64,000 nt of DNA from Deltaproteobacteria bacterium (GTDB lineage: Bacteria > Myxococcota > Myxococcia > SLRQ01), in assembly GCA_029210625.1 (NCBI GenBank), contig JARGFU010000008.1, forward strand, positions 138,661 to 202,660, read 5' to 3'. The notes under the pieces are model-generated. The model was not told where the DNA came from. It ran no database searches and saw only the letters and a list, made by a program, of their open reading frames with translations. Numbering within the stretch: the stretch's first letter is position 1; the number at the start of each line of letters is the position of its first letter. The position numbers and the translations under genes are program-made. This document shows, in pieces, positions 10,440-19,369 of the stretch.

Positions 10440-10945
10440 GGGGCGTCCAGCACCTCGACGGGCGGCGGGGAGAGCGGCGCCTCGATCGGCGGCGGCGCGG
10501 CCTCGGCCGGCGGAACGAACTCTGCTGGAGGCACCAACGCTGCCGGCGGCGCGGCCATCGGCGGCGGAGGCGACCGATCCTTCCAGGCCCAGGAGGTCTT
10601 CATCGCCCGGCAGAAGGCGGCGTCCTTCAGCCCGCGCTGACCCGACTGCCAGTGGACGATCGTGGCGAGCGCCGCCGTCACCGGGAAGGCGATCAGCAAG
10701 CCGGTCCGGCGCTCCTGGCAGGTGTCGGAGAGGCGGGGCGTGTTGGCCGCCAGCAAGGCGCCGCCGATCCCCACCGCCGGCCAGAAGAGGCCGGCCATCG
10801 CGTGGTCCCCGACCGGGGCGAGGTAGCTCTCGTTGCAGACCGGCGGCTCCTGCTGCTCCCGGGCCTTCTCTCCCACGTAGGGGACCGCGATCAGGGAGCA
10901 GCCCGCGCAGGAGAGCAGCGCGCTGACGAGCAGCAGGCGCATCAT
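10436..10945 (-). CDS. Lipoprotein with a Pro/Ala-rich C-terminus (hypothetical).
   Basis: Start ATGATG reads MMRLLLVSALLSCAGCS, a signal peptide with a lipobox. Its start overlaps the upstream gene's stop as ATGA. The C-terminus is a low-complexity PPAEFVPPAEAAPPP run. The stop is convergent with the PKS2 stop. Confidence 0.6.
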   Translation of the reverse strand: MMRLLLVSALLSCAGCSLIAVPYVGEKAREQQEPPVCNESYLAPVGDHAMAGLFWPAVGIGGALLAANTPRLSDTCQERRTGLLIAFPVTAALATIVHWQSGQRGLKDAAFCRAMKTSWAWKDRSPPPPMAAPPAALVPPAEFVPPAEAAPPPIEAPLSPPPVEVLDAP

Positions 10946-11316
10946 GGATCGCACCGCTGCACGCAGAGGGTCAGGGCCTGGCCGCAATAGGGGCGCGCCT
11001 TGAGGTCGGGTCCGTTACCGCACCCGCCACCGGAGCATCCGGATCCCCCCCCGCCGGCGACGAGCGCGACGACCGCGAGGACCACCCCGGCCGCCGCCGC
11101 CGCGGCCGCCGTCACGATCCAGGGCGCCATCAGGAGGGTCGAGCTCGAGCGGGCGCTCTCGCAGTCGTCGTAGTCGTTCCGGCAGGCCTGGGTGCAGGGC
11201 GAGCGGTCCAGGTCCGTCGGCATGACGTAGGCCGGCGTGCAGCTCGTGACGAGCAGGACGAGCACGAGCAGCGACGAGGAGAGCGCCGCCCACCCTCTCC
11301 TCGCCTCGAGACGCAT
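10942..11316 (-). CDS. Small Cys-rich lipoprotein (hypothetical).
   Basis: ATG at 11316 reads MRLEARRGWAALSSSLLVLVLLVTSCTP (lipobox). The mature part has about 10 Cys and a GGGSGCSGGGCG motif. Only 2 nt separate it from the fbaA stop, and it overlaps the next lipoprotein start as ATGA. Confidence 0.55.
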   Translation of the reverse strand: MRLEARRGWAALSSSLLVLVLLVTSCTPAYVMPTDLDRSPCTQACRNDYDDCESARSSSTLLMAPWIVTAAAAAAAGVVLAVVALVAGGGGSGCSGGGCGNGPDLKARPYCGQALTLCVQRCDP

Positions 11317-11318
11317 CC

Positions 11319-12389
11319 TCAGATCGCCAGGCCCTTGCCCTTGGAGCCCAGGTCGTCGAAGGCCTGCTGCAGGCGGGTCACCATCGACTCCTCGCCCTTC
11401 CGCAGCCACTTCCGGGGGTCGTAGACCTTCTTGTAGGGCTTGCCGTCGTCCGGATCGATCTGGTGCTCGAAGGCCACCGGCGTCGCCTTGACGTAGTCGC
11501 CGATGGGCTTCGCGAAGGCGAACTGGGTGTCGGTGTCGATGTTCATCTTGAAGACCCCGTAGCTCACCGCCTCGGCGATCTTCTCGGGCTCGCTGCCCGA
11601 GCCGCCGTGGAAGACCAGGTGCAGGGGGTTGTCGCCCGTCCCGTGCTTCTCCTTCACCAGGGCCTGGGAGGCCTTCAGGATCTCGGGGCGCAGCTTCACG
11701 TTGCCCGGCTTGTAGACGCCGTGCACGTTGCCGAAGGAGGCGGCGACGGAGAAGTGACCGAGCGAGGAGAGCTTCTCGTAGGCCAGCAGCACGTCCGCGG
11801 GCTGGGTGTAGAGGTGCGCGTTGTCCGCCCCCTCCTCGAGGTCGTGGCCGACGCCGTCCTCTTCGCCGCCGGTGACGCCCAGCTCGATCTCCAGGCTCAT
11901 GCCCATCTTGGCCATGCGCTCGAGGATCCGGGCGGACTCACCGAGGTTGAAGTCGATGCTCTCGGCCGAGAGATCGAGCATGTGCGAGCTGTAGAGGGGC
12001 GTGCCGGTCTTCTCGAAGTGCTTCTCCGACTCGGCGACCAGCGCCTCGACCCAGGGGATGAGGCTCTTGTCGGCGTGGTCGGTGTGCACGGCCACGCAGA
12101 CCCCGTAGTGCTCGGCCAGCAGGTGGATGTGCTGGGCGGCGGAGACCGCGCCGAGGACCTTGGCCTGGAAGCCGTCCTTCATGCCCTTGCCGGCGTAGAA
12201 CTCGGCGCCGCCGTTCGAGAGCTGGACGATGACGTCCGAGCCCGCGACGGCCGCGGCCTCGAGCACCGCGTTCACCGAGTTGGTGCCCACGATGTTCACC
12301 GCCGGGTAGGCGTAGCCGCCCTCCTTGGCAGCCTGCACGAACTCCACGTAACGCTCACCGGTGACGACGCCGGGCTTCATCTTGGCCAT
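11319..12389 (-). CDS. fbaA: Fructose-bisphosphate aldolase class II.
   Basis: The 356 aa product aligns by eye along its whole length to E. coli FbaA. Shared segments include PAVNIVGTNSVNAVLE, QLSNGGA, VHTDH, IELGVTGGEEDGV, FGNVHGVYKPGNV, FHGGSGS and MNIDTDTQ. Confidence 0.95.
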   Translation of the reverse strand: MAKMKPGVVTGERYVEFVQAAKEGGYAYPAVNIVGTNSVNAVLEAAAVAGSDVIVQLSNGGAEFYAGKGMKDGFQAKVLGAVSAAQHIHLLAEHYGVCVAVHTDHADKSLIPWVEALVAESEKHFEKTGTPLYSSHMLDLSAESIDFNLGESARILERMAKMGMSLEIELGVTGGEEDGVGHDLEEGADNAHLYTQPADVLLAYEKLSSLGHFSVAASFGNVHGVYKPGNVKLRPEILKASQALVKEKHGTGDNPLHLVFHGGSGSEPEKIAEAVSYGVFKMNIDTDTQFAFAKPIGDYVKATPVAFEHQIDPDDGKPYKKVYDPRKWLRKGEESMVTRLQQAFDDLGSKGKGLAI

Positions 12390-12475
12390 GATCGATTCCT
12401 CGCGAGGATCGGGTTTGGGATGCCGAAAGAGCTCGGCCCCCGAGTACCACGAACCAGCGGAGGTTCAACAGCCGA

Positions 12476-14206
12476 TCAGCGCACCTGGACGTCGGGCATC
12501 AGGGCGAGGGTGCGCGGCTGCTCCAGATCCCGCAGCCAGGCCTCGATCGCCGCCGCGTCGGGCAGGGGCTGCGCCGCCTGCACCGAGGCGCCCAGCTCGC
12601 CGTCCTGGATCATCTGCCAGAGGTCCTTGGGCTCGGGGTAGGCCTTCAGCTTCACGTCCTCGCCGAGGCCCGCCTTCTTTGCGGCGAGCTGCACCGCGGT
12701 CTCGAGGCCGCCGGTCTCGTCGACGAGGCCCTTGCCGACCGCGTCCCGGCCGCTCCAGATGCGGCCCTTGGCGAGCTCCTCGACCTTCGGCAGCTCGATC
12801 GAGCGGCCCTCGCCGACCTTCCGCTTGAAGTCGGTGTAGAGGCTGTCGAGGACGCTCACCGTGCGAGCGCGCTGCTCGTCGCTCAAGCTGGCGAACTCGC
12901 TCATGATGTCCGAGTTCTCGGCGAACTTGATCGTCTCGACGTTGGCGCCGATCCACTCGTAGAAGCCGCGGAGGTTGAACTTGCCGAAGACCACGCCGAT
13001 GGAGCCGGTGATGGTCGCCGGCTGGGCGACGATCGCGTCGGCGCCCATCGAGACCCAGTAGCCGCCCGAGCCGGCGACGTCCGACATCGAGACGACCACC
13101 GGCTTGCCGAGCTTCTGCGCCCGCTCGATCTCCCGCCAGACCAGGTCCGAGCCCACCGCCGAGCCGCCGGGGCTGTTGACCCGGAAGACGATGGCCTTCA
13201 CGTCCTCCTCGTCGGCCGCCTCGCGGATGTGCGCGGCGACCACCGGCCCGTGGAGCATCCCGCCCCCGAAGAGACCTCCGCTCTGGCGGGAGGCGACGAT
13301 CTGCCCCTCTCCGAAGATCACGGCGATGTGCTCGCCGCGGACCTTGTCCTTCACCTTCATCAGGTAGCGGCCGATCGAGATCGACTCGTACTCGTCGGTG
13401 CCGGCCACCGTCCGCAGCTCCTCCTCGACCTCGTCGAGGTAGCCGTAGGCGTCGAAGAGGCCGAGGGCCCTCGCCTCCTCGCCGGTCTGCATCCCCTGAT
13501 CGACCAGGGCCTTCAGCTTCTCGCGATCGACGCCGGTGCGGGCGGCGACCCGCTCGTACCAGAGGTCCTGCAGATCGCCGGCGACGTCGGTGATGGCCTC
13601 GCGGAAGTACTCGCTCATCTCCGAGCGGCTGTAGGGCTCGCCGGCCGACTTGTACTCCTTGAACATGATGAAGTCGGGCTCGATGTGGAGCTTCTCCAGG
13701 GTGCCCTTCCAGAAGGGCACGTCGACCTGGAGGCCGTTGAGCATCCAGAAGGCCGTGGGCGTCGCCCAGCTCTTGGTGGCCGCGCCCGCCAGGTAGACGT
13801 GGGGCTCGTAGACCATGTCGGTCTGCAGGAGCACGTGCAGGGGCTTGCCCGACTTCTCCCGGAAGCGATCGAGCTCCGAGGCGACCTCCTCCAGGCTCGC
13901 CATGCCCATGGCCGGGGTGGAGACCTCCACCAGCACCGCCGCGATGTCGTCGTCCTCGGCCGCCGCGCGCAGCCCCTGACGCAGGGAGTAGAGCGAGAGG
14001 GGCTTCTGGCCCGAGAGCTCCGCGAAGATGTCCTTGGTCGGCCCCTCGGTGAGGGGACCGTCGAGCCGGATCTCCAGCACCGTCCCCTTCGAGACGCCGC
14101 CGCTGCTCGCCAGCCAGATCAGGCCGCCGGTGCAGGAGCCCCCCATGAGGAGCAGGACCACCAGCACCGCCATCGAGAACGAGCCACGCTTCTTCTTCTC
14201 CGCCAT
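12476..14206 (-). CDS. sppA: Signal peptide peptidase SppA (protease IV, 67K type, tandem S49 domains).
   Basis: Start is MAEKKKRGSFSMAVLVVLLLMGGSC at 14206. The listed ORF extends further upstream but that part has no support. S49 motifs SDVAGSGGYWVSMGADAIVAQP and RVNSPGGS are present. Confidence 0.85.
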   Translation of the reverse strand: MAEKKKRGSFSMAVLVVLLLMGGSCTGGLIWLASSGGVSKGTVLEIRLDGPLTEGPTKDIFAELSGQKPLSLYSLRQGLRAAAEDDDIAAVLVEVSTPAMGMASLEEVASELDRFREKSGKPLHVLLQTDMVYEPHVYLAGAATKSWATPTAFWMLNGLQVDVPFWKGTLEKLHIEPDFIMFKEYKSAGEPYSRSEMSEYFREAITDVAGDLQDLWYERVAARTGVDREKLKALVDQGMQTGEEARALGLFDAYGYLDEVEEELRTVAGTDEYESISIGRYLMKVKDKVRGEHIAVIFGEGQIVASRQSGGLFGGGMLHGPVVAAHIREAADEEDVKAIVFRVNSPGGSAVGSDLVWREIERAQKLGKPVVVSMSDVAGSGGYWVSMGADAIVAQPATITGSIGVVFGKFNLRGFYEWIGANVETIKFAENSDIMSEFASLSDEQRARTVSVLDSLYTDFKRKVGEGRSIELPKVEELAKGRIWSGRDAVGKGLVDETGGLETAVQLAAKKAGLGEDVKLKAYPEPKDLWQMIQDGELGASVQAAQPLPDAAAIEAWLRDLEQPRTLALMPDVQVR

Positions 14207-14449
14207 CGTCCGCCTCCGGGTGGGACCTACGTCCGGGAGTTCGAGTGCATTCCAGGAATGAGTAGCATCGGCGCCGGGAAGGCGCATCGGGGCCGGTAGA
14301 GGCCCCGGAAGCGCAGGATCTGACGCCTGCCCGGCGGCCCCGGCGGACCTAGAGTGGATCGTGCGGGCGCCCCGTGGGGGGCTCCGGCGGGGAGTTTCCG
14401 CCAGATCGACCGGAGCCCAAGGCGGACGAGATCCGCCCGGGGGTTGACC

Positions 14450-14929
14450 ATGGGATCGAACGGCACGCGGCTGGATCGTCGCATCCAGAAGAGCGAGCAC
14501 GACGCCTATCGAAGCAGCGGCAAGGTCTCCGAGCCGGCGGCCTGCCCGGACTGCGGGGCGGTCTTCCACAGGGGGCGCTGGCAGTGGGCCTCGCGACCCG
14601 AGGGGGCGGCCGAACACCGCTGCCCCGCCTGCAACCGGATCGACGATCACTACCCGGCCGGGATCGTGACGATCGAGGGACCCTTCTTCCGTCAGCACCG
14701 CGAGGAGGTCCTCGGCCTGGTCCTCAACCGCGAGAACGCCGAGAAGATGGAGCGGCCCCTCCACCGCATCATGTCGATCGTCGAGGACGGCGACGTCCTC
14801 GAGGTCTCGACCACCGACCTGCACCTGCCCCGCTGCATCGGCGTCGCCCTCCAGCGCGCCTACGACGGAGAGCTCGACTACCACTACGAGGCAGGTGAGC
14901 AGCTGCTGCGAGTCCACTGGTCGCGCTAA
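14450..14929 (+). CDS. Zinc-ribbon protein (two CxxC pairs), possibly COG1499/Nmd3-like; hypothetical.
   Basis: ATG at 14450 reads MGSNGTRL. The Cys pairs are CPDCGAVFHRGRWQW and CPACNR, followed by a conserved-looking non-repetitive domain. The N-terminal part of the listed ORF is a GTG-initiated extension. Confidence 0.55.
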   Translation: MGSNGTRLDRRIQKSEHDAYRSSGKVSEPAACPDCGAVFHRGRWQWASRPEGAAEHRCPACNRIDDHYPAGIVTIEGPFFRQHREEVLGLVLNRENAEKMERPLHRIMSIVEDGDVLEVSTTDLHLPRCIGVALQRAYDGELDYHYEAGEQLLRVHWSR

Positions 14930-14939
14930 CATCGGGTCC

Positions 14940-15194
14940 ATGCGTGGACCCACCGCCATCGCGCTCACCCTGGTCTTCCTCCTGGGCGGCTGTCCCATCG
15001 GCGCCGTCCTCTGCCTGGGCGCCGACAAGGAGCTCGAGGAGCGCAACGATCCCTTCGAGCGGATCGAGTGCCCCGAGGGGTTCTCACCTCATCGGGAGGA
15101 GACCTGGTGCAGCAGCAGCACCGACTGCGAGGCCCGCCCGGGGGAGCGGACCTACTGCGAGGAGGGAAGCTGCCTGATCTGCCGCCCCGACTGA
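14940..15194 (+). CDS. Small Cys-rich lipoprotein (hypothetical).
   Basis: MRGPTAIALTLVFLLGGCPIG is a signal peptide with a lipobox. The 8 Cys sit in CPEG...CSSSTDC...CEEGSCLICRP. Confidence 0.5.
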   Translation: MRGPTAIALTLVFLLGGCPIGAVLCLGADKELEERNDPFERIECPEGFSPHREETWCSSSTDCEARPGERTYCEEGSCLICRPD

Positions 15195-15395
15195 TTGGCT
15201 TCCGACCGGTGATGCGCTAAACCAGAGATCATGATTCCCGAGCAGTCGCTGGCGACGCGGACGTGCCCGGATGCAAGGAAGGGTGAGGGAGCATAGCCTG
15301 AGCTATGCGACCGAGGCCTGACGCTGCAGGCGGGTGCGGCCTGCAAGCCAGAGGCGATCAGGAATCGTGATTTCTGGTTTTGCTGCGAGGGCAGC

Positions 15396-15836
15396 ATGAG
15401 CCTCCTCGGATATGTCGTCCTCGCCTTCGTCTTCCTCGAGCTCTCGAACGTCGCCGCGCTCTACTTCGCGCCGCAGACCCGGCGGGCCAACGCCATGGGC
15501 GTCTTCGAGGCCTACGAGGGCGCGAAGGCCCACCCCGGGCTCCACCGGCTGGTGCGCTACCTGACCTTCTGGGTCGCGGGCACCAAGCTGATCTTCCTGG
15601 GGCTCCTGCTGGTGATCGTCTTCCTGGGCGGCCCCCTCCTGCTGCAGGTCTCGGTGGGCGTGCTCATCCTGACCATCGGCACCTACTTCTGGAGGCTGCA
15701 CCCCCTCATCCGGGAGATGGACGCCGCCGGTGAGCTCGCGCCGCAGGGCTACTCGAAGACCCTGGGCAAGATGATCCTCGGCTTCGAGCTGGTCTTCACC
15801 GCCGCGCTGCTCTGGGGCGTCTTCGCCGCCCCCTGA
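15396..15836 (+). CDS. Integral membrane protein (4 predicted TM helices), hypothetical.
   Basis: ATG start. Hydrophobic segments are LLGYVVLAFVFLEL, FWVAGTKLIFLGLLLVIVFLGG, VGVLILTIGTYFW and ILGFELVFTAALLWGVF. Confidence 0.6.
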   Translation: MSLLGYVVLAFVFLELSNVAALYFAPQTRRANAMGVFEAYEGAKAHPGLHRLVRYLTFWVAGTKLIFLGLLLVIVFLGGPLLLQVSVGVLILTIGTYFWRLHPLIREMDAAGELAPQGYSKTLGKMILGFELVFTAALLWGVFAAP

Positions 15837-15924
15837 CGACCCCGGTGAAAGCCCCCAGGGAGCTGCGCGAAGGGGAGGCCGATCGTTGTTCGCCCGCCAG
15901 GGGTGATCTACGGTCGAGATCATC

Positions 15925-18255
15925 TTGGGGGATCGGGGACGAGCGGGAGGCACGACGGCGAGTCCGGCAGGCCTGCAGGCGGCGACCCCCGAGCGGGTGA
16001 GGCTCTGGCTGCGGATCGGCGCCCTCGCCTGGTCCGTCATCATCGCGACCTCCATGACGATGACCTTCCGGGCCTACCGCCGGATCCAGGTGGAGCAGGC
16101 CCTCGGCCTCCTTCGCGCGGCCACCGAGCAGGATCTGGTGCTCCGGCACTGGGTCGCCAGGAGCCGGGGGGTCTGGGTCGAGCACGACTTCATCGGGGAG
16201 CACCACGAGGTGGGCGAGCCCGGCTCCCAGCAGGAGATCGACACCGTGGATGGGCGGCGCCTCGTCCGGGTCGAGGCCGCCCACCTGCTGCGCGCCGTGC
16301 ACGCCTCGGACACGCTCTCCGAGGTCGGGTCCCAGGGACGCCTGACCACCCTGAACCCTCGCCAGCCAGAGACGGCCCCCGATCCCTGGGAGCGCAAGAT
16401 GCTCCTGCGGCTGCAGGAGGGCGGAGAGCGGATCCACGAGGTCATCCGGGTGGAGGGTGAGACCGTCCTGCGTCTCCTCGAGCCCATCCGGATCGAGGAG
16501 CGCTGCCTCGGCTGCCACGGGAAGCAGGGCTTCGAGGTGGGTGACCTCCGGGGCGGCTGGTCCACCTCCATCTCCCTCTCCCGCCTGGAGCGCGCCAACC
16601 GGAGCGGCCTGATGACCGGCCTGGTCGCCCAGTTCGGGATCTACCTGCTCGCGCTCCTCGGCCTCGTCGCCGGCGGCCGGACGGTGATCGGCCGGCTCCA
16701 GGCCGCACACGAGTCGGCCTCCGCCCTGGAGGAGTCCGAGCTGCGCTTCCGCACGGTCTTCGAGGCCGCGGTCGAGGGCATCCTGGTGGCCGACAGCGCG
16801 ACCCGCCGCTTCGTCTATTGCAACGGTGCGGCCTGCGAGCTGCTCGGCTACAGCCGGGAGGAGCTCCTCGAGCTGGGGGTGGAGGACATCCACCCGAAGG
16901 AGGCCCTCCCCGAGGTCGGCGAGGCCTTCGAGCGCCAGACCCGCGGTGATCAGCTGCTGGCCCCCAACCTGCCCTGCCTGCGCAAGGATGGCAGCACGAT
17001 CCTGGTGAACATCACCGCGACCGCCGCCACCATCGACGGGCGCCCCTGCACGGTCGGCTTCTTCACCAACGTCACCGAGGCCCGCCAGATGGAGGCGAAG
17101 CTGCGCCAGGCGAGCCGGATGGAGGCGGTCGGCACCCTCGCCGGCGGCGTCGCGCACGACTTCAACAACATCCTCCAGGCCATCCTGGGCCACACCGAGC
17201 TCCTCGCCCGCAACCCCCAGCTCAGGCCCGCGATGCAGCAGGACGTGGGCGCCATCGGGGAGGCGGGCCGGCGGGCCGCCGAGCTCACCCGCCAGCTGCT
17301 CGCCTATAGCCGGCGGCAGGTGCTGGCCCCGGCGCCCCTGGCGCTCGCCGAGCTCTGCGACGGGATGATGAAGATGCTCGGGCGGCTGATCCCCGAGAAC
17401 ATCACCCTGGAGGTCACCCACGAGGGGAGCGACAGCCAGGTGCTGGCCGACCCCGGGCAGATCGAGCAGGTCGTGATGAACCTCTGCGTCAACGCCCGCG
17501 ACGCCCTCGCGGCAGGGGGCACCATCTCTCTGCGGACCCGGCGAGTGGAGCTCGACGAGAGGGACGCGCTCCGTCACCCGGACGCCCGCGCGGGCCAGTT
17601 CGTGCTCCTCGAGATCGCCGACGACGGCGCCGGCATGACGCCGACCGTCCGCGATCAGATCTTCGAGCCCTTCTTCACCACGAAGGGCATCGGCGCGGGC
17701 ACTGGCCTCGGGCTCTCGACGGTCTACGGGATCATCCTCCAGCACGGAGGGTGGATCGAGGTGGAGAGCGCGCCCGACGAGGGCAGCCGCTTCTCGGCCT
17801 TCCTCCCCCACACCATGGAGGACCTGCGGGAGGCACCGGAGCCCACCCCCATCACCGCGCTCGGCGGCGGGACCGAGCTGCTCCTCCTGGCCGAGGACGA
17901 GGAGGCCGTCCTGCAGCTGACCCGCAAGCTCCTCGAGCAGGCGGGCTACCAGGTGCTCGCGGCCCGGGACGGTCAGGAGGCCATCGCGCTGCTGGAGGAG
18001 CGCGGCCCGCAGGTCGCGCTCGCGGTCCTCGACGTGATGATGCCCCGGCGCACCGGGCGTGAGGTCGCCGAGTGGATGAGGGCGCGCTTTCCGGAGGTGC
18101 CGGTGATCTTCACCAGCGGCTACACGCCGGAGAGGATCCGCAACCACCTCCCCCGGGGGGCCGAGCAGCACCTGATCTCCAAGCCCTACAAGGCGAACAC
18201 CCTCCTCACCGCGGTGCGGGAGGCGCTCGACCGCAACGGAGAGACCACGACCTGA
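15925..18255 (+). CDS. Hybrid sensor histidine kinase: TM, periplasmic DUF3365-like domain with a c-type heme motif (CLGCH), PAS, HisKA, HATPase_c, REC.
   Basis: The heme motif is ERCLGCHGKQG. The H-box is HDFNNILQAILGHTELL. The G-boxes are DDGAGM and GTGLGLS. The receiver has LLLAEDEEAV...DVMMP. The start is uncertain: TTG at 15925 or a downstream GTG. Confidence 0.85.
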   Translation: MGDRGRAGGTTASPAGLQAATPERVRLWLRIGALAWSVIIATSMTMTFRAYRRIQVEQALGLLRAATEQDLVLRHWVARSRGVWVEHDFIGEHHEVGEPGSQQEIDTVDGRRLVRVEAAHLLRAVHASDTLSEVGSQGRLTTLNPRQPETAPDPWERKMLLRLQEGGERIHEVIRVEGETVLRLLEPIRIEERCLGCHGKQGFEVGDLRGGWSTSISLSRLERANRSGLMTGLVAQFGIYLLALLGLVAGGRTVIGRLQAAHESASALEESELRFRTVFEAAVEGILVADSATRRFVYCNGAACELLGYSREELLELGVEDIHPKEALPEVGEAFERQTRGDQLLAPNLPCLRKDGSTILVNITATAATIDGRPCTVGFFTNVTEARQMEAKLRQASRMEAVGTLAGGVAHDFNNILQAILGHTELLARNPQLRPAMQQDVGAIGEAGRRAAELTRQLLAYSRRQVLAPAPLALAELCDGMMKMLGRLIPENITLEVTHEGSDSQVLADPGQIEQVVMNLCVNARDALAAGGTISLRTRRVELDERDALRHPDARAGQFVLLEIADDGAGMTPTVRDQIFEPFFTTKGIGAGTGLGLSTVYGIILQHGGWIEVESAPDEGSRFSAFLPHTMEDLREAPEPTPITALGGGTELLLLAEDEEAVLQLTRKLLEQAGYQVLAARDGQEAIALLEERGPQVALAVLDVMMPRRTGREVAEWMRARFPEVPVIFTSGYTPERIRNHLPRGAEQHLISKPYKANTLLTAVREALDRNGETTT

Positions 18256-18308
18256 GGTTCACGGTTTCGCGGCCACCGGGCGCCGGGGGGCTGCTATGCT
18301 CCTGCGCG

Positions 18309-18593
18309 ATGAGCACCGAGGCCAGCAAGCCGGAGATCCTCGCCGCCGTTCGCGGCTGCATCGTGGAGGTGGTCGGCGAGGCCTGGGCCTCGGAGGTGAC
18401 CATCGGCCCCGAGACCTCCTTCTCCGAGGATCTCGAGCTCGAGAGCATCGAGCTGGTCGCCCTCTCGGAGAAGCTCGCCGAGGCCTTCGGCGAGGGCATC
18501 GACTTCGTGGGCTGGCTCTCGGGGATGGAGCTCGACGCGATCCTGGAGCTGTCGGTGGGCGACGTGGTGGAGCACATCGAGTCGTGCCGCTGA
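18309..18593 (+). CDS. Acyl carrier protein (discrete).
   Basis: The 94 aa product has the DLELESIELVALSEKLAEAFG motif with a Ser in the DSL-like position. It lies 54 nt after the kinase. Its stop overlaps the next gene's GTG start. Confidence 0.7.
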   Translation: MSTEASKPEILAAVRGCIVEVVGEAWASEVTIGPETSFSEDLELESIELVALSEKLAEAFGEGIDFVGWLSGMELDAILELSVGDVVEHIESCR

Positions 18594-19369
18594 TCGACGC
18601 CGGCGGCCTCGAGCTCCACGTCCAGACCCTCGGGCCCGGCCCCGAAGCCCCCCGGCCCCCACCGCCGCCGGTGATCTTCCTCCACGGCCTGCTCGTGGGC
18701 TCGATGGCCACCTGGTACTTCTCCCTGGCCCCGGCCCTGGCGGCGCAGCGCAAGGTGGTGCTCTACGACCTGCGGGGCCACGGGCGCAGCGCGACCCCGG
18801 CGCGGGGCTACGCCCTCCACGATCACCTGGTGGACCTCGGCGCGGTGCTCGGCGCCTGTGAGGTGAAGAGCGGACCGGTGGTGCTGGTCGGCCACAGCTT
18901 CGGCGCCCTCGTCGCCCTCATGGCGACCCTGCGGCGGCCCGAGCGCGTGGCGAAGCTCGTGCTCTGCGAGCTGCCCCTGCCCCCGGCCTCGGCCGGCGTG
19001 ATCCCCGATCCCGCGCAGATCGACGTCGAGGGGCTCTTCGCCTCCCTGCCGCCGGCCGTGCAGGCGGCCGTCGCCGAGGGGGGTCGGCGCGGCCGGCGCT
19101 TCGTGGAGCGGGTGCGCACGCTGGTCGAGGAGACCTCCCTGCTCGCCGACCTCTTCGCCATGACCGACGTCGACGACACGGACCTCGGCGGCCTGATGAC
19201 CCCCACCCTGGCCCTCTACGGCCGGGACTCCCTCTGCCTGCCGACCGGCGAGCGCCTCGCCCGGGTGATGCCGGCCGCGCGGCTCGTCACCCTGCCCGGC
19301 GGGCACTTCCTGCCGGTGGAGTCGCCCGACGCGGTGGGCGAGGCGGTGAAGGAGTTCCTCGGTGGCTGA
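18584..19369 (+). CDS. Alpha/beta-hydrolase fold protein.
   Basis: GTG at 18584 overlaps the ACP stop. The nucleophile elbow is VGHSFGAL. HGLLVGS fits an oxyanion region. It is a paralog of the next gene, sharing an N-terminal GGLELHVQTLG / GGLKLHVQSLG segment. Confidence 0.8.
   Translation: MPLIDAGGLELHVQTLGPGPEAPRPPPPPVIFLHGLLVGSMATWYFSLAPALAAQRKVVLYDLRGHGRSATPARGYALHDHLVDLGAVLGACEVKSGPVVLVGHSFGALVALMATLRRPERVAKLVLCELPLPPASAGVIPDPAQIDVEGLFASLPPAVQAAVAEGGRRGRRFVERVRTLVEETSLLADLFAMTDVDDTDLGGLMTPTLALYGRDSLCLPTGERLARVMPAARLVTLPGGHFLPVESPDAVGEAVKEFLGG

Noticed and set aside
12476-15046. The full 856-aa version of the sppA ORF.
   Set aside because: The 280 residues upstream of MAEKKKR are low complexity, and the real SppA signal anchor starts at 14206. 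The extension would also run through the divergent promoter and the zinc-ribbon gene region.
15796-18171. 791-aa minus-strand ORF.
   Set aside because: It is antisense to the hybrid histidine kinase, whose domains are unambiguous. The translation is repetitive and Gly/Arg/Glu/Asp-rich with no motifs.
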